From NCBI RefSeq assembly GCF_964204645.1, contig NC_134029.1:1550001-1614000 (forward strand): a DNA stretch of 64,000 bases, read 5' to 3'. A program made the translations under genes and the position numbers. Below the pieces are notes generated by a model. It was not told the DNA's origin. It saw only the letters and a list, made by a program, of their open reading frames with translations, and did not search any database. How positions within the stretch are numbered: the first letter of the stretch is position 1; every line of letters starts with the position of its first letter. The DNA comes from Tubulanus polymorphus. Its lineage: Eukaryota > Animalia > Nemertea. Shown in pieces: positions 12,105 to 25,600 of this stretch.

Positions 12105-14381
12105 CTATCTGATTTCAAGAGTGATATCTTTGTAATTAGAATATTCGTCCTTTGTTTCTGTGAATAATTCATTTAGAGCTCGGATGTATTCGGCATGGAG
12201 TTCATTGATCTGATCTTCTGACGGGTTTTCAACTTTCTCAACATCGATTGGTTTACCAACTAAAAAAACAAAAAAGGAAAATCATTTAACGTAAAGTGAA
12301 ATCTGCTTAATAATCGAAATCATCTAATCTGGATCTATTATTTACCGTCCAACTGAATATGAATGTAGGTAAAATACAATTTTTTATTCAAATTTCTCAT
12401 AAATAGATTAATTTCATCCGTTGTTCTATTGATAATAATATATCAGGGTCCGATCTAAGCACTTGTCCGATTGCCCGGGACAAGTATATTCTCATCAGGG
12501 CAAGTAGGTTATCATTATCACGTGTCCCCCGGGCTAGTGCAATTTTATGTCACTAAGTTTTTTTCCCACTCGATACAACGGATGATAGTGCCACCAATCG
12601 GACTGCCTGTGTAGGGCAAGTAGTTTTTGGAGGGGGCAAGCGAAATTTCAGATATGCTTGCCCCCCGGGCAAGTGGCTTTCATTCCTTAGATCGGACCCT
12701 GTATATGCTTATTAATTTTTGTAATCAGTGATACAAACTTTGGGTGGAAAACTGCAGATAGTGGAAAGTTGTCTTTAAGAGGAGTCTGCTGTACAGGGTG
12801 TAAAATCTGAAACACCCGCTTCACGTAGGTTTCAACGTACCGACAGTATTAATAGGTTTATAATCAGCGAGGCCGTATTTGGTTCCGTATAACCAGGTTG
12901 GAGCTGTACGCGCTACCGAATACATAGCATCCTGTATTCTTCTTAACGTCGATCCTGGCGGATTCGAGAACTGTTCCAGTTGATCATTGTCGCCGTAATT
13001 TAAAACGGGAACTAAACTCGCTCTAAAAACAATGTATGAGGGAAATTTATCTTATTTCTTGCATCAATTGTTTGTCAGTTTGACCCATTTGCCCGAATTG
13101 CAATCACAAAAATTGAAATATTTCAGTTATTTGTGTTGTAAGTTAGTGATGTTATGTAATACAGTAAATTTCTCTATTGCTTCTAAACTCTACACAATGT
13201 TAGAATTGCAACAGAATGTGAATTGAATTCTATTTTCTGACTAAAATCATCACTTATAATCACTGGATTTGTCCCGTATGATTTGAGTTGATCTTACCCT
13301 TGTTTCAGCGCTATCTTTATAAACCCTTTTCGTTTCTGTAATGTAAGAATCATAGTTCCTGGGTGCGCGTCGAGCACCTCATACGCCCCTCCGACCGCTA
13401 TTATTACTGCTGTACCTCTCTGGTTTTTATCGAGTACGTAATGAAGAAATTCCGATTCTAAACTTATCGCACCTTAAAATGAATTTGAAGAATTAATTCG
13501 AGCTACAAATTGCTTGATTTAGATCTTTCTGCAATTACATTAAACCTGACCCGACTCCAGAGGTGCTAATCATAGGATATCACCAACATCAATTCATCAG
13601 AGTTAGTCAAGGTGTACTGCAGGGTCCGATCTAAGCTCTTTTCCCATTGCCCGGGACAAGTATATTCTCATCAGGGCAAGTAGATTATCATTATCACTTG
13701 TCCCCCGGGCTAGTGCAATTTTATATCACAAAGCTTATTTCCCATTCGATACAATGGATGATAGTGCCACCAATCGGACTGCCTGTGTAGGGCAAGTAGC
13801 TTTTGGTGGGGGGCAAGCGAAATTTCAGATGTGCTTGCCTCCAGGGCAAGTGACTTTCATTCCTTAGATCGGACCCTGGTACTGTATAGTTTCTAATAGG
13901 ATATATACTAACCACAAAGCATACAGATCTCTTTCAGAATCGGCACCGCGAAAAACATCTTCATAACAACCATGTGTGGCTTTATTCCCGGGAACAGCCG
14001 GTCGAATCCGGCTGCATCCGTTAAAAATGTGCTCATCAGTCCGATCGTCCCGTGAGGATGAACTCCAAATATATAATTCTTATTTACATCCAACTCTGTG
14101 GTTTTAATCAAACGAACCGGTAGTAAACTGGTCACCCATTTCGCTAATAGGAAGTTCCTTCTAAACCAGGGCCACAATCTGTCTCCTCGACTAGCCCGTA
14201 CCCGATCGCAGTATAGATACAGGAAACAGTAGAGAAATGTAATGATTGAAATGTGCCAGTCGTGCATAAATAACAGTCTATACAGAGTGTAATACGTAGC
14301 AGTCATCATAAATATTACAATCGACATCAAAAACGACAAATGAAACCAGGCAACGATCTCACCTGCGCTCAAATCACTCAT
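12105..14381 (-). CDS. DGAT2/MOGAT-family acyltransferase; exons 14381-13913, 13472-13298, 13022-12841, 12259-12105
   Basis: YIFGVHPHG active-site motif; AVGGAYE; RKGFIKIALKQGASLVP; PINTVVGKPIDV; canonical splice sites in frame. Confidence 0.93.
12444..12701. mobile_element. ~258-bp MITE with 16-bp TIR cagggtccgatctaag (copy 1, DGAT2/MOGAT intron 3)
   Basis: TIR cagggtccgatctaag...cttagatcggaccctg; internal gggcaagt motifs; close copy at 13620-13878. Confidence 0.9.
13620..13878. mobile_element. ~259-bp MITE (copy 2, DGAT2/MOGAT intron 1), flanked by gtactg direct repeat
   Basis: Same TIR as 12444-12701; gtactg on both sides. Confidence 0.9.
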
Positions 14382-14692
14382 TGTTATTTCAGTTGAAATC
14401 TGAAGCTTCTAGAATTATGTATTCTCAGTGAGCAGTCTCTCGGTTCAACTATTCCTGCTGCTGCTGCTGCTGCTACACTACTGTTCGTGCCTGGCTTCAT
14501 TCATTGATTTATATATAAATAACATCAGCGTAAAATATAATCCCCGAGAGTCTATATAATTACTCATTTCTCTTCCTGGTCTGTTGTCATATTTCAATCA
14601 TTATCCGTAATTTACCAAGTAAAAACTACATAACGGTTACGGGAAATATCTCCCAAATTGTATAAAACTAACCTAGTTTTACATCTTTATAA

Positions 14693-16489
14693 ATGTATTG
14701 TATTCTGATGGTGAATTGGATCACGGTTTCATTATTATACGGTATCAAAACTCATTGTTAGGGTTTTTAGCGAATTCTGCTCTATTTATAGTTAGAGGTC
14801 GGCAGACTTTTTTAGTCAAAAGTCAGCAGTTTTTCCTCAGATGAAAAACTCATCAATGAGTTCCCGGCATTTTTCCAAATCAATGATTTGAAGCCATAAA
14901 ATAAGAAGAAAAATTTACATGTATATCAAACTCGCTACAAACCCTGATTGAGTGATCAAGGGGCTGCAGGTGCTGCAAGGTTGGTTAGAGTTAACCAGTG
15001 GATAGTTAGATAGTTACCATAAAAAGTTCATAGTTAAGTGTAGTATTTATCCACCGGTTTTTTTAAACTACTTTCCAGCAACTGCTGCCTCCACTGGTTA
15101 GATGAATTCCACGCTATATAAAATGGCCCCCAATGAAAATTTAAATTTACCAAGATTTTTGCGTAAAAACTGTTTCTAATATTTGTAGGTTTAGTATCGG
15201 ATCCAGTTTCTACGTCACATGATGTTTCTACGACGCCAGACGCACATCAGCAACAATCAACGGAAATAACGACGATAAACTCAACAGTGAAATCTCAACA
15301 TTCCGTAGAATTAAACTCGAGTTCGATCCGTTCTGATCCGGTCTCCGATAGTTATAATAATACTGAATATCTGAACCGATGTCCGGAAAATTTACAATGT
15401 TCGAAATTAGGAGCAGTTTGTATTCAATGTCACTTCAGCGTTTCATGCGTTTATGGACAGGAAACAGATGTTTCATGTTTCCCTAAACCAGATATTAATT
15501 GCCATGTAAGTTTATTAGAGAATCAAACACCATTCCACGATTGACGACTGAAAATCGATCAATTTTTTCATTTATTATATTTAAGGGTGTAAAGAATTTT
15601 ACGAGGAAGTTTGGATGCAGATTTTGTTACCAGTTAGATGCTAGTGATTATAAATGTATAGCTCAGAATACGTGTAAAACAGTGAGCGCACCTAGAGAGT
15701 TTTACTACACTAACTGTACCGTCAATGATAATATACTTTGTATGGGTAAGAATCAAATCATTCTTATTAAGTTCTCATGACACGGGGATCAAGGCTATGA
15801 TAGTGATAGCAGCTGATCACTCGTCTCATCACCCATCATTGACTACCAAGGTTTATGGTCAGCTGGGGTTTGGCTGTGACTACCTATTAATGCAATATCA
15901 AGTTATTCCTCTACAACTCTACTAAACTACTATGTAGAGTATAGAAGTTTTGATGTAGACTTTATACCCTATTTTACCTAGGGGTCATTCATTTATTACG
16001 TAAGCATTAAGGGAGGGGGAGGGGGTCAGTGCAATTGCGTACTGTAATGCTTAATGTATATGAAAAAATGGCCGATTTTGCGTACAGAGGGGGAGGGGGG
16101 TTGGAAATTTCAAATTTTATGCGTACGTAATAAATGAATGATCCCCTAGGTTCGCTCTGTACTTTTAGGCAGAAGAACTTTCAACAAAATGGAATTATGT
16201 AACTGGACTAGAGGATACCGGTGGTCTACTGCACTATTACTCAGGTAGGTTATCTGTGAAATCAAACTCTACACTAATAAGAGATAGAATATTGACTGAT
16301 ATTGACTGTCTTTGTTACAGTATAACTATGGGAGGATTCGGTGTTGATCGTTTTTATTTGGGCTTATGGCGAGAAGGAATTGGAAAGCTGTTTAGTTTCG
16401 GTGGTTTAGGCGTTTGGACATTGGTCGATGTGATACTGATAGCAGCTGGATATATCGGTCCTGAAGATGGATCATTGTACATCTATTAA
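14693..16489 (+). CDS. TM2D3: TM2 domain-containing protein 3 (almondex); exons approx. 14693-14741, 15190-15505, 15586-15745, 16169-16244, 16321-16489
   Basis: Signal-peptide-like exon MYCILMVNWITVSLLY; Cys-rich ectodomain (CVYGQE, CRFCYQL, CNWTRGYRWSTALLLS); TM2 domain SITMGGFGVDRFYLG...GKLFSFGGLGVWTLVD ending GPEDGSLYIY. Confidence 0.92.
15981..16146. mobile_element. ~165-bp MITE with GGGG-initiated TIR (PIF/Harbinger-like) in a TM2D3 intron
   Basis: ggggtcattcatttattacgta ... tacgtaataaatgaatgatcccc. Confidence 0.8.
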
Positions 16490-16921
16490 TCCATCCTTGT
16501 TTAATCTATTTAACAAACTGATCTTTTCCACAAAACTCGTACTTATTATTTATTTGAACTCAATGAATTGTCAACGATTAGAACTGGATTCATGTTGAAA
16601 TGTAATGTTGCTACTCTCAGGATCCAGTGCCACAATCCTTGTTTCCGTTTGATGAAACCAAGAACAGTGAAACTTCGACCCCCGTGAGTTTAGAGGGTCC
16701 ACTGTAAATCCACAGTCGTATTAGTAAAATTGTGTTCATTGTAAATATATTCAAGATGTATAGAACGTAAATAAATGTTTAATACGTTAAGTTAATCTTC
16801 GTTGATCTTTTCTTTATTCGAAGAACTGAGGATAATCCACCACAAACACTAGGCCAGGACAAAAATATTCAAACTATAAAATATTTTATTTACCTATAAT
16901 AACTACAGCTCAATGATGAAA

Positions 16922-19900
16922 TTAATACCAATATAACTCAGTTTTCTTTCGTTCTTCTTTAATACCGAAATGATCCATTAATTCCTGTTGTGTTGATTTC
17001 AGCGCCGGTTTAAAAGTCACTTTTGTCACTTCGTTTTTATCCGTATCTTTCACTTGTTCTGAAAAACAGTAAAAGAATCTTATTGATTTCCGAGAGCGAG
17101 ATATTTTGGCATCAATCTGCAGCCCGGAGCCCGTAATCAACCCCCTCCACCTGTACCCTGCACCTCCATCAGCCTGGATGCTACACGCACTCAAAAACTG
17201 ATCGTCCACATTTCACGTGTGTTCAGGACTAAATCTGAGAAATATTCACTTGAAAAGCAACTACAAGTAATTAATTATTAGCATACCTTTATAATCTGCT
17301 GGGTTGACGTAATCGTCTAATTGTTTGGCTCTATGCGAGAATGGTAAAATACGACCAGTTCTTAACGATACACGCACCAAATCACCCTCTTCAGTATATC
17401 TCCATTCAGCATCAGTTACTTTACTGTAATACACAACATCCAGTAAGATTCAATCTCACACTTATACAGTTGTGGGTCCCGAGATTCATTAGGATGACTT
17501 ACTTATCGCTAGGATCGACTAGTTTCACTTCATGAGGTAAAGTCAGAGGTGTTTCTACTTTTGACATCATTCCCAGTAAATCGGGATGAGGTTTGATAAC
17601 CTTGTATTCCTGTATTAATAGCAAAATATTTTTTACAATCATTTTGATTAGCTTTATTAACAGAAGAACGATTTTACAATATATAGATATGTAATTTATC
17701 TCTATGATGTCCTCGGTGGATGGATCCCCACTCGGCACATTCAAACGTAGAGTTGTCATTCACTCATTTCAAGGTATTCAAGTTACTGTTAGTTTGTGAT
17801 CTCTGATACTTACGCAATTCAACCCTTCTACGTAAACCCAATTACGTTCTTTCACTGTCATTCCTACAAAACCTTGTTTACCTTTATCAGGACCAACCAA
17901 TACCTCAACCTGCAATCAGATATTAGCATTTTAGGCTTTTTATATTGGAATAACTCATTGACGTCATATTCAAATTCTGCCTAAATATCACAATTGATGA
18001 TGCTAACTAGAAAAGCCTGGATTGGACAGAGGAATACCTCCTGCAAATGTGGTACAGTTTGAAACTGCTAAAGAGAAGTCGTCTGAGCAAAATTCACTTC
18101 TTAAATAGAAGCCAAAACGCAGGCAGTCGGCATTCTTTGATTTTTCCAAAAATGAACTGAGGGGCACAATTATAGTTGTACATAGTTTCATTAAAACACA
18201 ACTTTATACCTAGGGAGGAGTTGTCTGTGCTGGATGGACGATATGGATGGACAAGCCGACTCTGTATACCCTCGCAATGATGTGCAGGAGGTCCGGTATA
18301 ATATAAGGACAAAATCTGATGTTCAAGTAAGGATCAGTCTATTTTAAGGGCCATTATTACACATAATAAGGTTCTATATATTCAAGTGTCTACTCTCTGT
18401 AAATGCAGTCAGTGTGTGCTGGATGAGGGTAAGTTTGTATATATACTGAGTAAGATATTATATTTATCTTAGCACTATTTCTGCTACTGTTTTTAAAGGG
18501 GCCATCTCAAAAAGAAACCTTACGAACATGATCTAAATCCGTAACGGAATGATCCGAAATTGTTCCCTTTGACTCTCACACTTTCTCAAAGCTTAATATA
18601 TCGGATTAATCACAATTTTACTCTCACAGAAACCATACGTTTACTTCAACATAAATCTAATCATTGAACAATAGATTTTGCGTTTCAAAATCTCAGTGAA
18701 AGTATTATTAAAATAGGAATATGAAATTATGAGAATAAAATCGAATCAATTTCATATTCGTACAAACACTCTAAGTAGTAATTAAACATGTATTAGGCTG
18801 TAGCAGCTTTCAAGATACAGAACCCTGGAATTTTATGATACAATAAAAAATGATACAAAGAAAGCTACACAAGCGAAGGTCTGAAGAGGAAGGTATGTAG
18901 GTTTAATATCTGATCCCCGGAGCAGCAACAGCACAGAAAGAGAGAGAGAGGGGAGTCTAGAGAGCTCCCTCCCACTCATCCATAGACACTGCCGCGCTAG
19001 TAAAAGGAATATATGCCGTATAACCGGGTGAGTCGTGTTAGGTTTCACTGTATATTCATTGATGGAAAAATATTCAGAAAAATTGAATTTCAAAAACATT
19101 CAGTGAAGAAAATATCTTAAGTCCTAAATTATTTTATTAGTTAAGTAAAAAATACGTATAAAATTATCAAAGCCATGTGAGACCATTCAGGTTCAAATAT
19201 ATTATCACTCAAGAATATCATATTATCAGCTATAATCAACATTATTAATTCGAATCTTTTTTAAGACTGAATATTCACGTATCGACACTTAAACTCGAGG
19301 TTGAGAGTCAAATTGCGGCTAAAAAGCTATAATCAGAGAAAGCAATTCCAAACGAACTGAAAAACCAGAATGAGTTTTTCTCAGAAAACTAATATAGCGT
19401 TCAGGGCTTGTGGCATACTGCCAGAGTGACTGTCAATCCAACTGTGTTCACAACCTGATCATTCATTGCATTTAATAGCATTGCATATAAATTCACACTC
19501 AGTCGATCAATGCATTTGTCCGAGTAGTAGTGAGGGGTGCAGTGAGGGTGTATATACGTGTAGAAAAAATACTATAGCAGCCTTAGACGTTCAAATAAAA
19601 ATAACACATCAAAATGATTACGTTACTCAGAGGTAAATATTTCAATTGAAATTCATTAAAATGGTTTATCATATGGGAACATAGTTCTATAGATAACCAG
19701 AACCTACAATAATGGTAGAGGCATTTTTTTATTTAGGTTATGAGGGCATCTCACACCAAGATAGATATTTTGATTAAATTCATTACGGATGACTGCCCCA
19801 TTTTACTGTATGAATTTTTTTGATCTAGGATACAAAATCGAGGGTTGTAGTTATTTAGACTCATATATCATTGTCCATTGTAGGATTACACTTCGTCGCG

Positions 19901-21930
19901 AGTATGAGCAAGTCGAAAGCAGCGCCCCCTGGTGGAACCGCGGTGGCGAAGATCCCGGAGAAGATTCTACTCGGTCTCGGGAACCCGCTGTTAGATATCA
20001 CCGTCCGCGTCGACGACGCTTTCTTGAAGAAATACGGATTGATCGCGAACAACGCTATCATCGCCGACGAGAGACACGACGGCATCTTTAAAGAGATCTT
20101 AGACGACAAATACGAGCGCGAATACGTCGCAGGTGGCGCCACTCAGAACACGATACGCGTCGCTCAATGGCTGCTCGGTCGACAGAACGCGACCACTTTC
20201 GTCGGAGCGATCGGAGCCGACGAGAACGGCAAAATTCTGACGAAAAAAGCGAAAGAAGTCGGAGTGAACGTCTGCTATCAGATCCGAGAACGATTCAAAA
20301 CGGGAATCTGCGCCGCGTTGATTCATAAACAAGATCGTTCGTTGGTCACCGAATTAGGAGCGGCGACTACTTTCACCGATAAGTTCTTCGACGACGCGAC
20401 CGTCTGGCAGCAGGTCGAACAGGCGCAGTTTTATTACATCGGAGGATTCGTATTCACCGTCAGCGAGGACGCCATATTGAAAATAGCTCGTCACTCGACG
20501 GAGAAAGGTAAAACGCTAATCATGAATCTATCGGCGCCGTTTCTCTGCTACTATTTCAAAGATCCGGAAATCTCGATTATGGAACATATCGATATTCTCG
20601 TCGGGAATGAAGTGGAAGCCGCGACGTTCGCCCATAAATACGGTTTCGAGACCGACGATTTGAAAGAGATCGCGATAAAAGCCGCCGAACTACCGAAGAA
20701 AAATACAAAACGTAAACGCACGGTTATTTTCACGCACGGGCGCCACCCGGCGGTCGTCTATCACGACGGCAAGGTATTCGAGCATCCGTCGTTGAAAATT
20801 GACCCGAGCGAAATCAAAGACACGAACGGCTGCGGAGACTCGTTCCTCGGAGGATTCCTGTCTCAACTCGTTCAGGGTAAACCGATCGAGGAATGTTTAC
20901 GCTGCGCGAATTACGCAGCTTCGGTCGTTATTAAATACTACGGATGCAATTATCCGGAAAAACCAGATTTTAAATAACTCTGTGCATCTGCTACTGCTCG
21001 GTCCAGTTTCATGAATGAGTTTAAACTTTTGATGTTTTCAACGAAGGCAATAATTTAAGTTTTAACTATTTTCATGAGACTGGACGTTGAATACCGTAAA
21101 ACCTTTACCAGTCGCGACTTTCCTGGGTTTATACCGAAAAGAAATCTGACTAAATAACTGATCTATCTCAGTTTAAACTTATAGAGTTAAAACATTGGAA
21201 ATAAACTAACACTACAGACAGTTAAACTGAACAGATGGAACTGAGATTTTAATCTGAGTTTAACTGTATATGTTACTAACTTCGCTAAATTGTTGCTTGA
21301 AATATTTTTGTGTAACTATTTGTTCAGCTTTTTATTCACAACAGTTTTCACCATTGATCATGTTGGGCCTTTTTTTCAAATAAATAAAGTGATATTTTCA
21401 CCACAAAGATCTTTAATAATTTTCTCCAATTAGATTTGAAGGCAATCTGGACAAGGATAGTGCAGTCATAACTAGACTGAATAAACACTGCAGTTACTAG
21501 GGAATCAGCAGTCCAGTAAATGGACTAAAGTATAGTCCAGTTATTGAACCACTAAACCACTGAATAGTATGGTTGCTGCTAATCTGCACTACCAGTACAG
21601 TTAGTACAGTAACTGACTAAGCAGCAGTCTGATTACTACTAAGTCAGGTAAATGACGATTACTCACCCGATCTCCTAATAAAATTGTCCATTCTTTAATC
21701 GGTTCAATATAATCTCTCTTCCATCGTTTTCCTGCTGCGTTGATTCGTTTTGCTTCCTCGGTCCACGGCCGATGTTCGGAGAATTTATAGATGAGATTAT
21801 AATTCATAACGACCGGACCAGCTAATGTTCGTTTCACTACATATCCTCCAAACATTTCATTATTCACGTATCGTTCCCAGTATTTCATCTTCTTCGTGGA
21901 ACGAAGTAAAACTCGAGTTAAGTTCACCAT
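16922..21930 (-). CDS. MRPL24: Mitochondrial ribosomal protein uL24m; exons approx. 21930-21667, 17909-17815, 17609-17503, 17423-17287, 17058-16922
   Basis: IEPIKEWTILLGDRVEVLVGPDKGKQG (KOW), RNWVYVEGLN, VKLVDPSD, EWRYTEEGDLVRVSLRTGRILP, C-terminus ending ELYWY. Confidence 0.93.
19904..20977 (+). CDS. ADK: Adenosine kinase (PfkB family), coding region intronless, nested antisense in MRPL24 intron 1
   Basis: GLGNPLLDI, GGATQNTIRVAQW, MNLSAPF, GNEVEA, DTNGCGDSFLGGFL. Confidence 0.93.
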   Translation: MSKSKAAPPGGTAVAKIPEKILLGLGNPLLDITVRVDDAFLKKYGLIANNAIIADERHDGIFKEILDDKYEREYVAGGATQNTIRVAQWLLGRQNATTFVGAIGADENGKILTKKAKEVGVNVCYQIRERFKTGICAALIHKQDRSLVTELGAATTFTDKFFDDATVWQQVEQAQFYYIGGFVFTVSEDAILKIARHSTEKGKTLIMNLSAPFLCYYFKDPEISIMEHIDILVGNEVEAATFAHKYGFETDDLKEIAIKAAELPKKNTKRKRTVIFTHGRHPAVVYHDGKVFEHPSLKIDPSEIKDTNGCGDSFLGGFLSQLVQGKPIEECLRCANYAASVVIKYYGCNYPEKPDFK

Positions 21931-22185
21931 CTGAAATCATAAAATTACACCCGACACTGAATCTTAACGAACTACACACAACACAGACCAAGACAACCTC
22001 TCACATAGACCGTATTTTTTCGTAAGTTTGTTCATGTCACAGTAAACAAAATACTCAACATTAAAACTCACATTTAGAATCTTGTGCTGTATCCAATTGA
22101 TCCTTTTTTATCCATTAATAAACGTTTTAAGGCAAAAAATTATGTTAGAAGCGCAGCAATTGATCGGCCGCCGGGAATTTAGCCG

Positions 22186-22348
22186 TAACGTGCTGCCCTC
22201 TCAATAAAATCACTTGCCACAGTAACACTTCACGATACTAGCCATAATGTGCTGCCCTCTCAAAAAAATTACTTGCCACAGTAAGCATTTTCATAGGATA
22301 GCGGGTTTGCTGTTATCCGTACAATTCACTTGCCGCAGTAGGCATTTT
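22186..22348. repeat. Degenerate ~60-bp direct repeat (gtgctgccctctcaa...cacttgccacagtaa), 2 copies + partial
   Basis: Directly visible between the MRPL24 5' end and the WDR41 3' end. Confidence 0.6.
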
Positions 22349-22656
22349 GTATGATTTTGGTTCGAATCTTTACAGATCTTTATACTACTACTGCAAAAGG
22401 CGAGGTGGTTTTTCTCGGCCACGAAATAGATCGGATTATTTACACTTGGAACTCCACCTGAATTCGAATAACAAAGAGAATTCATTACAAACAAGAAAAA
22501 TTTTATTTTGCGATAAAAATCAAATTACTCTTTAACAAATAGCACCAATTCAGAAATAAACATCTATTCCACATGGAAAACAAAAATATACAACAATTCT
22601 TCCTGAAACTTCTGATTTTAGCAATAAACTGAAGAACACAAATCTGAAGTTGCAAA

Positions 22657-25600
22657 TCAAGCATCACCGACCCCTAAAACCATCTCTCGAGCTATCTCTG
22701 TACGCTTTAGACTCTGTAATACACCATCCTAAAATTTGAAATACCGGGTACTCGTTATAAGTTTACTTCTTACGAGATCGAATCATCTCCGACCTGATTC
22801 AATAACTTACTTTCCATGAAATGACTAAACTATCCATTCCACACGAGACAAAACCCTCCGCGCCGAAATCAACCAGTTTATGTACAGCTCCGGAATGTGC
22901 CAAACATTCACCTAATAAATCTGGTTCGAGTAACGGTTCATCAGTTGACATTATTCTCAACTTCTCCTTACTGCGAAAATTCAAAAAATGAACTCGACTT
23001 TAATATGTACCTTAAACCAATGATGAAACAATCTGAGTCCATGTTTAAGGATAATATCAAATCACACACCATGAATGAAAAATAAAGTCCGGAATGTTTC
23101 GCTATTTGTCTATTCGAGTTTACAAAAATATGAGATTTATGAGATATAATCCATATTTTTCATTCAAAGTGTCTTGGATTCTCATATCATACTACCGGTA
23201 TGTATCCATATCAAGAATTGAGAGTGAATTGATTTAAACTTTACCTGACACCGAGGAATCGTTCAATAGGAGCTATCTCATCAGTATTATCATCAACTCG
23301 ACTTTCAAATCTAGCGCGACTGCCCCACAGTCGTATTGAACCATCTTCAGAACATGTCGCTAGGAATGTGCTACAAATTATACAGTACCCTACTTCAATC
23401 ATTTAAACATCTATTTCAAACTATTCCCTTAATTCATAAAACCTTCACGATATCAGAAAAACAGGGCAATTTGTTTGAAGGTGTTTGTCAACCTTTCCTA
23501 AATCCCACTCTCCCACCCGTCTCTCTTCTCTCTCCCCTCCCTCAAACCACTCCCCTTTTCCCTCTCCTCCCCCTCTTCTTCACCCCCTCTTTCTCTCTCT
23601 TACCCATTGTACAGGAATTCAGCGTATGTTATCTTTGAGTAATGCGCGCACAATTTTTCAGCCAGAAGTTTTCCAGCGATGACATCATAAACACAAAATC
23701 CAGTTCCAACGGCTGCGAACATGTACTTCTACAAAATCATCATCAGGATTGACTTAGCATCAGAAAATCATCTAAACTGAATTATCATCAGTGTATTTAC
23801 CTCATCGGTGATAAGCATATGTTGTATACTGAAAGGATATGTCTTTTCAATGCCTTTATATTCATTGACCGTATTGAAATATCGCGTAGGGGAAATTGTA
23901 TGAGTCGTCCATAATACGACAGTTCCATCTAGAGATCCACTAGCAAATAATGTATCTGAAATAAAGTCAACATATTACTGAAATGCAAGCACCTGCTGGG
24001 ACCAGTTATAACTTATATTCAAAAGTTGTCTTATCTTCACACTGTTTTGAGTTGTTAGATTGGCTATAAAGCTGAAATGGTCTAAGCCTTAACTATGTAA
24101 CTGGCCCCAGAGGATCCAGGATCCAGTTGCACAGTTGTTGATACAGTTTGACTATGATCTAAAATTAGTTTATTCCAAATATTTCAATTCTTCAGTCCAA
24201 GAACTGTGCGACCAGGTCGTGGTGTAAGGGTGACACGTACCCGAGACATTTATAAGACAGCGTATTAGTTCTCGATGTGGCGGTAATTTCTTCGTGAAAC
24301 TGATATTACATCTTCGATTCGGCTGATTCTCATCCATTTCATCGGTTAACGCATAAACAACTATTAAACAATCGATTATAACTTTACTAACGAGTCGATG
24401 ATTAATTCAATAGAGAATGCGGAGAATAAAGTGAAAACTGACACAGTTGTTTTTCCGAAGCGGCCACCAGTTTATCATGTTTGATACTGATCATCAAATG
24501 AATGTCGGCTGGAAAAAAAAAGAAGTCAAATCAGAATTTAACGAATTTAAAAAGTATTTAGGGTAAAATTTGATACTTACTGTTACATAACTGTAACTGT
24601 TCCTGAGTACACAATAGTCGACCCTTTCTATCCCAGACGCAGATATTCTCACCGGCTGAACAAACTAATTCACCATCCCACATTAAAACTAAACTCTAAT
24701 CATCAAATAGAAATCAGTCAATCAACATCTGAAACACATTAATACACAAATATGTGGAAATCTGCGGCGAACATACCTTTACAGAAGTTTGATGTTCTGT
24801 CAGTGTTTGTAAACATTCTCCTTTTTCTATATCCCAAACCTAAAAGATTGATGACAAAATCAAAACATTTGAATCTCAAAATCGTGTTCTCTTCTGATGA
24901 TTTCATAGAAACTTAATCTTCAGGGTCCAGCTCCACATTTATGAGTTAAGATTTAACTCTCGAGTTAACTAATTGAAAATGAACTAACTTTAGCTCAGAG
25001 TTAACTCTAACTCACGACTGTGGAACTGGGTCCAAATGTCTGGAGACTTAATCACTGATAAACAGAGACATGAGATAAGATAAACGGGTTTCCGAGTAGG
25101 TTTTCTTACCTTCATAGTTTTATCAGAAGCAGCTGTTAATAAATATGGATCGTCATAATATCCGATAGCTCTTTCCATTACTAACATACATGTTATAGGT
25201 CTCGTGTGACCTTGAAGTACGCAAATACGTCGTCCAAACTGTTAGAAAATACATCGTTAAAACATGCAAGTCACAAGTACAGACCAGGACCCGGTTCAAC
25301 ATTCAGGAGACCAGGCCCCAACAGACCACAGGACCCGGTTCAACAGTCAGGAGACCAGGCCCCGGACCAGGACCAGGTTCAACATTCAGGAGACCAGGCC
25401 CCAACAGACCACAGGACCCGGTTCAACAGTCAGGAGACCAGGCCCCAGACCAGGACCCGGTTCAACGGTCAGGAGACCAGGACCTGGTTCAACATTCAGG
25501 AGACCAGGCCCCAGACCAGGACCCGGTTCAACATTCAGGAGACCAGGCCTCAGACCAGGACCTGGTTTAACAGTCAGGAGACCAGGACCCAGTTCAACAG

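Noticed and set aside
18003-18312. Coding-looking segment in MRPL24 intron 1
   Set aside because: Interrupted by stops on the plus strand and no recognisable domain on either strand; probably decayed repeat
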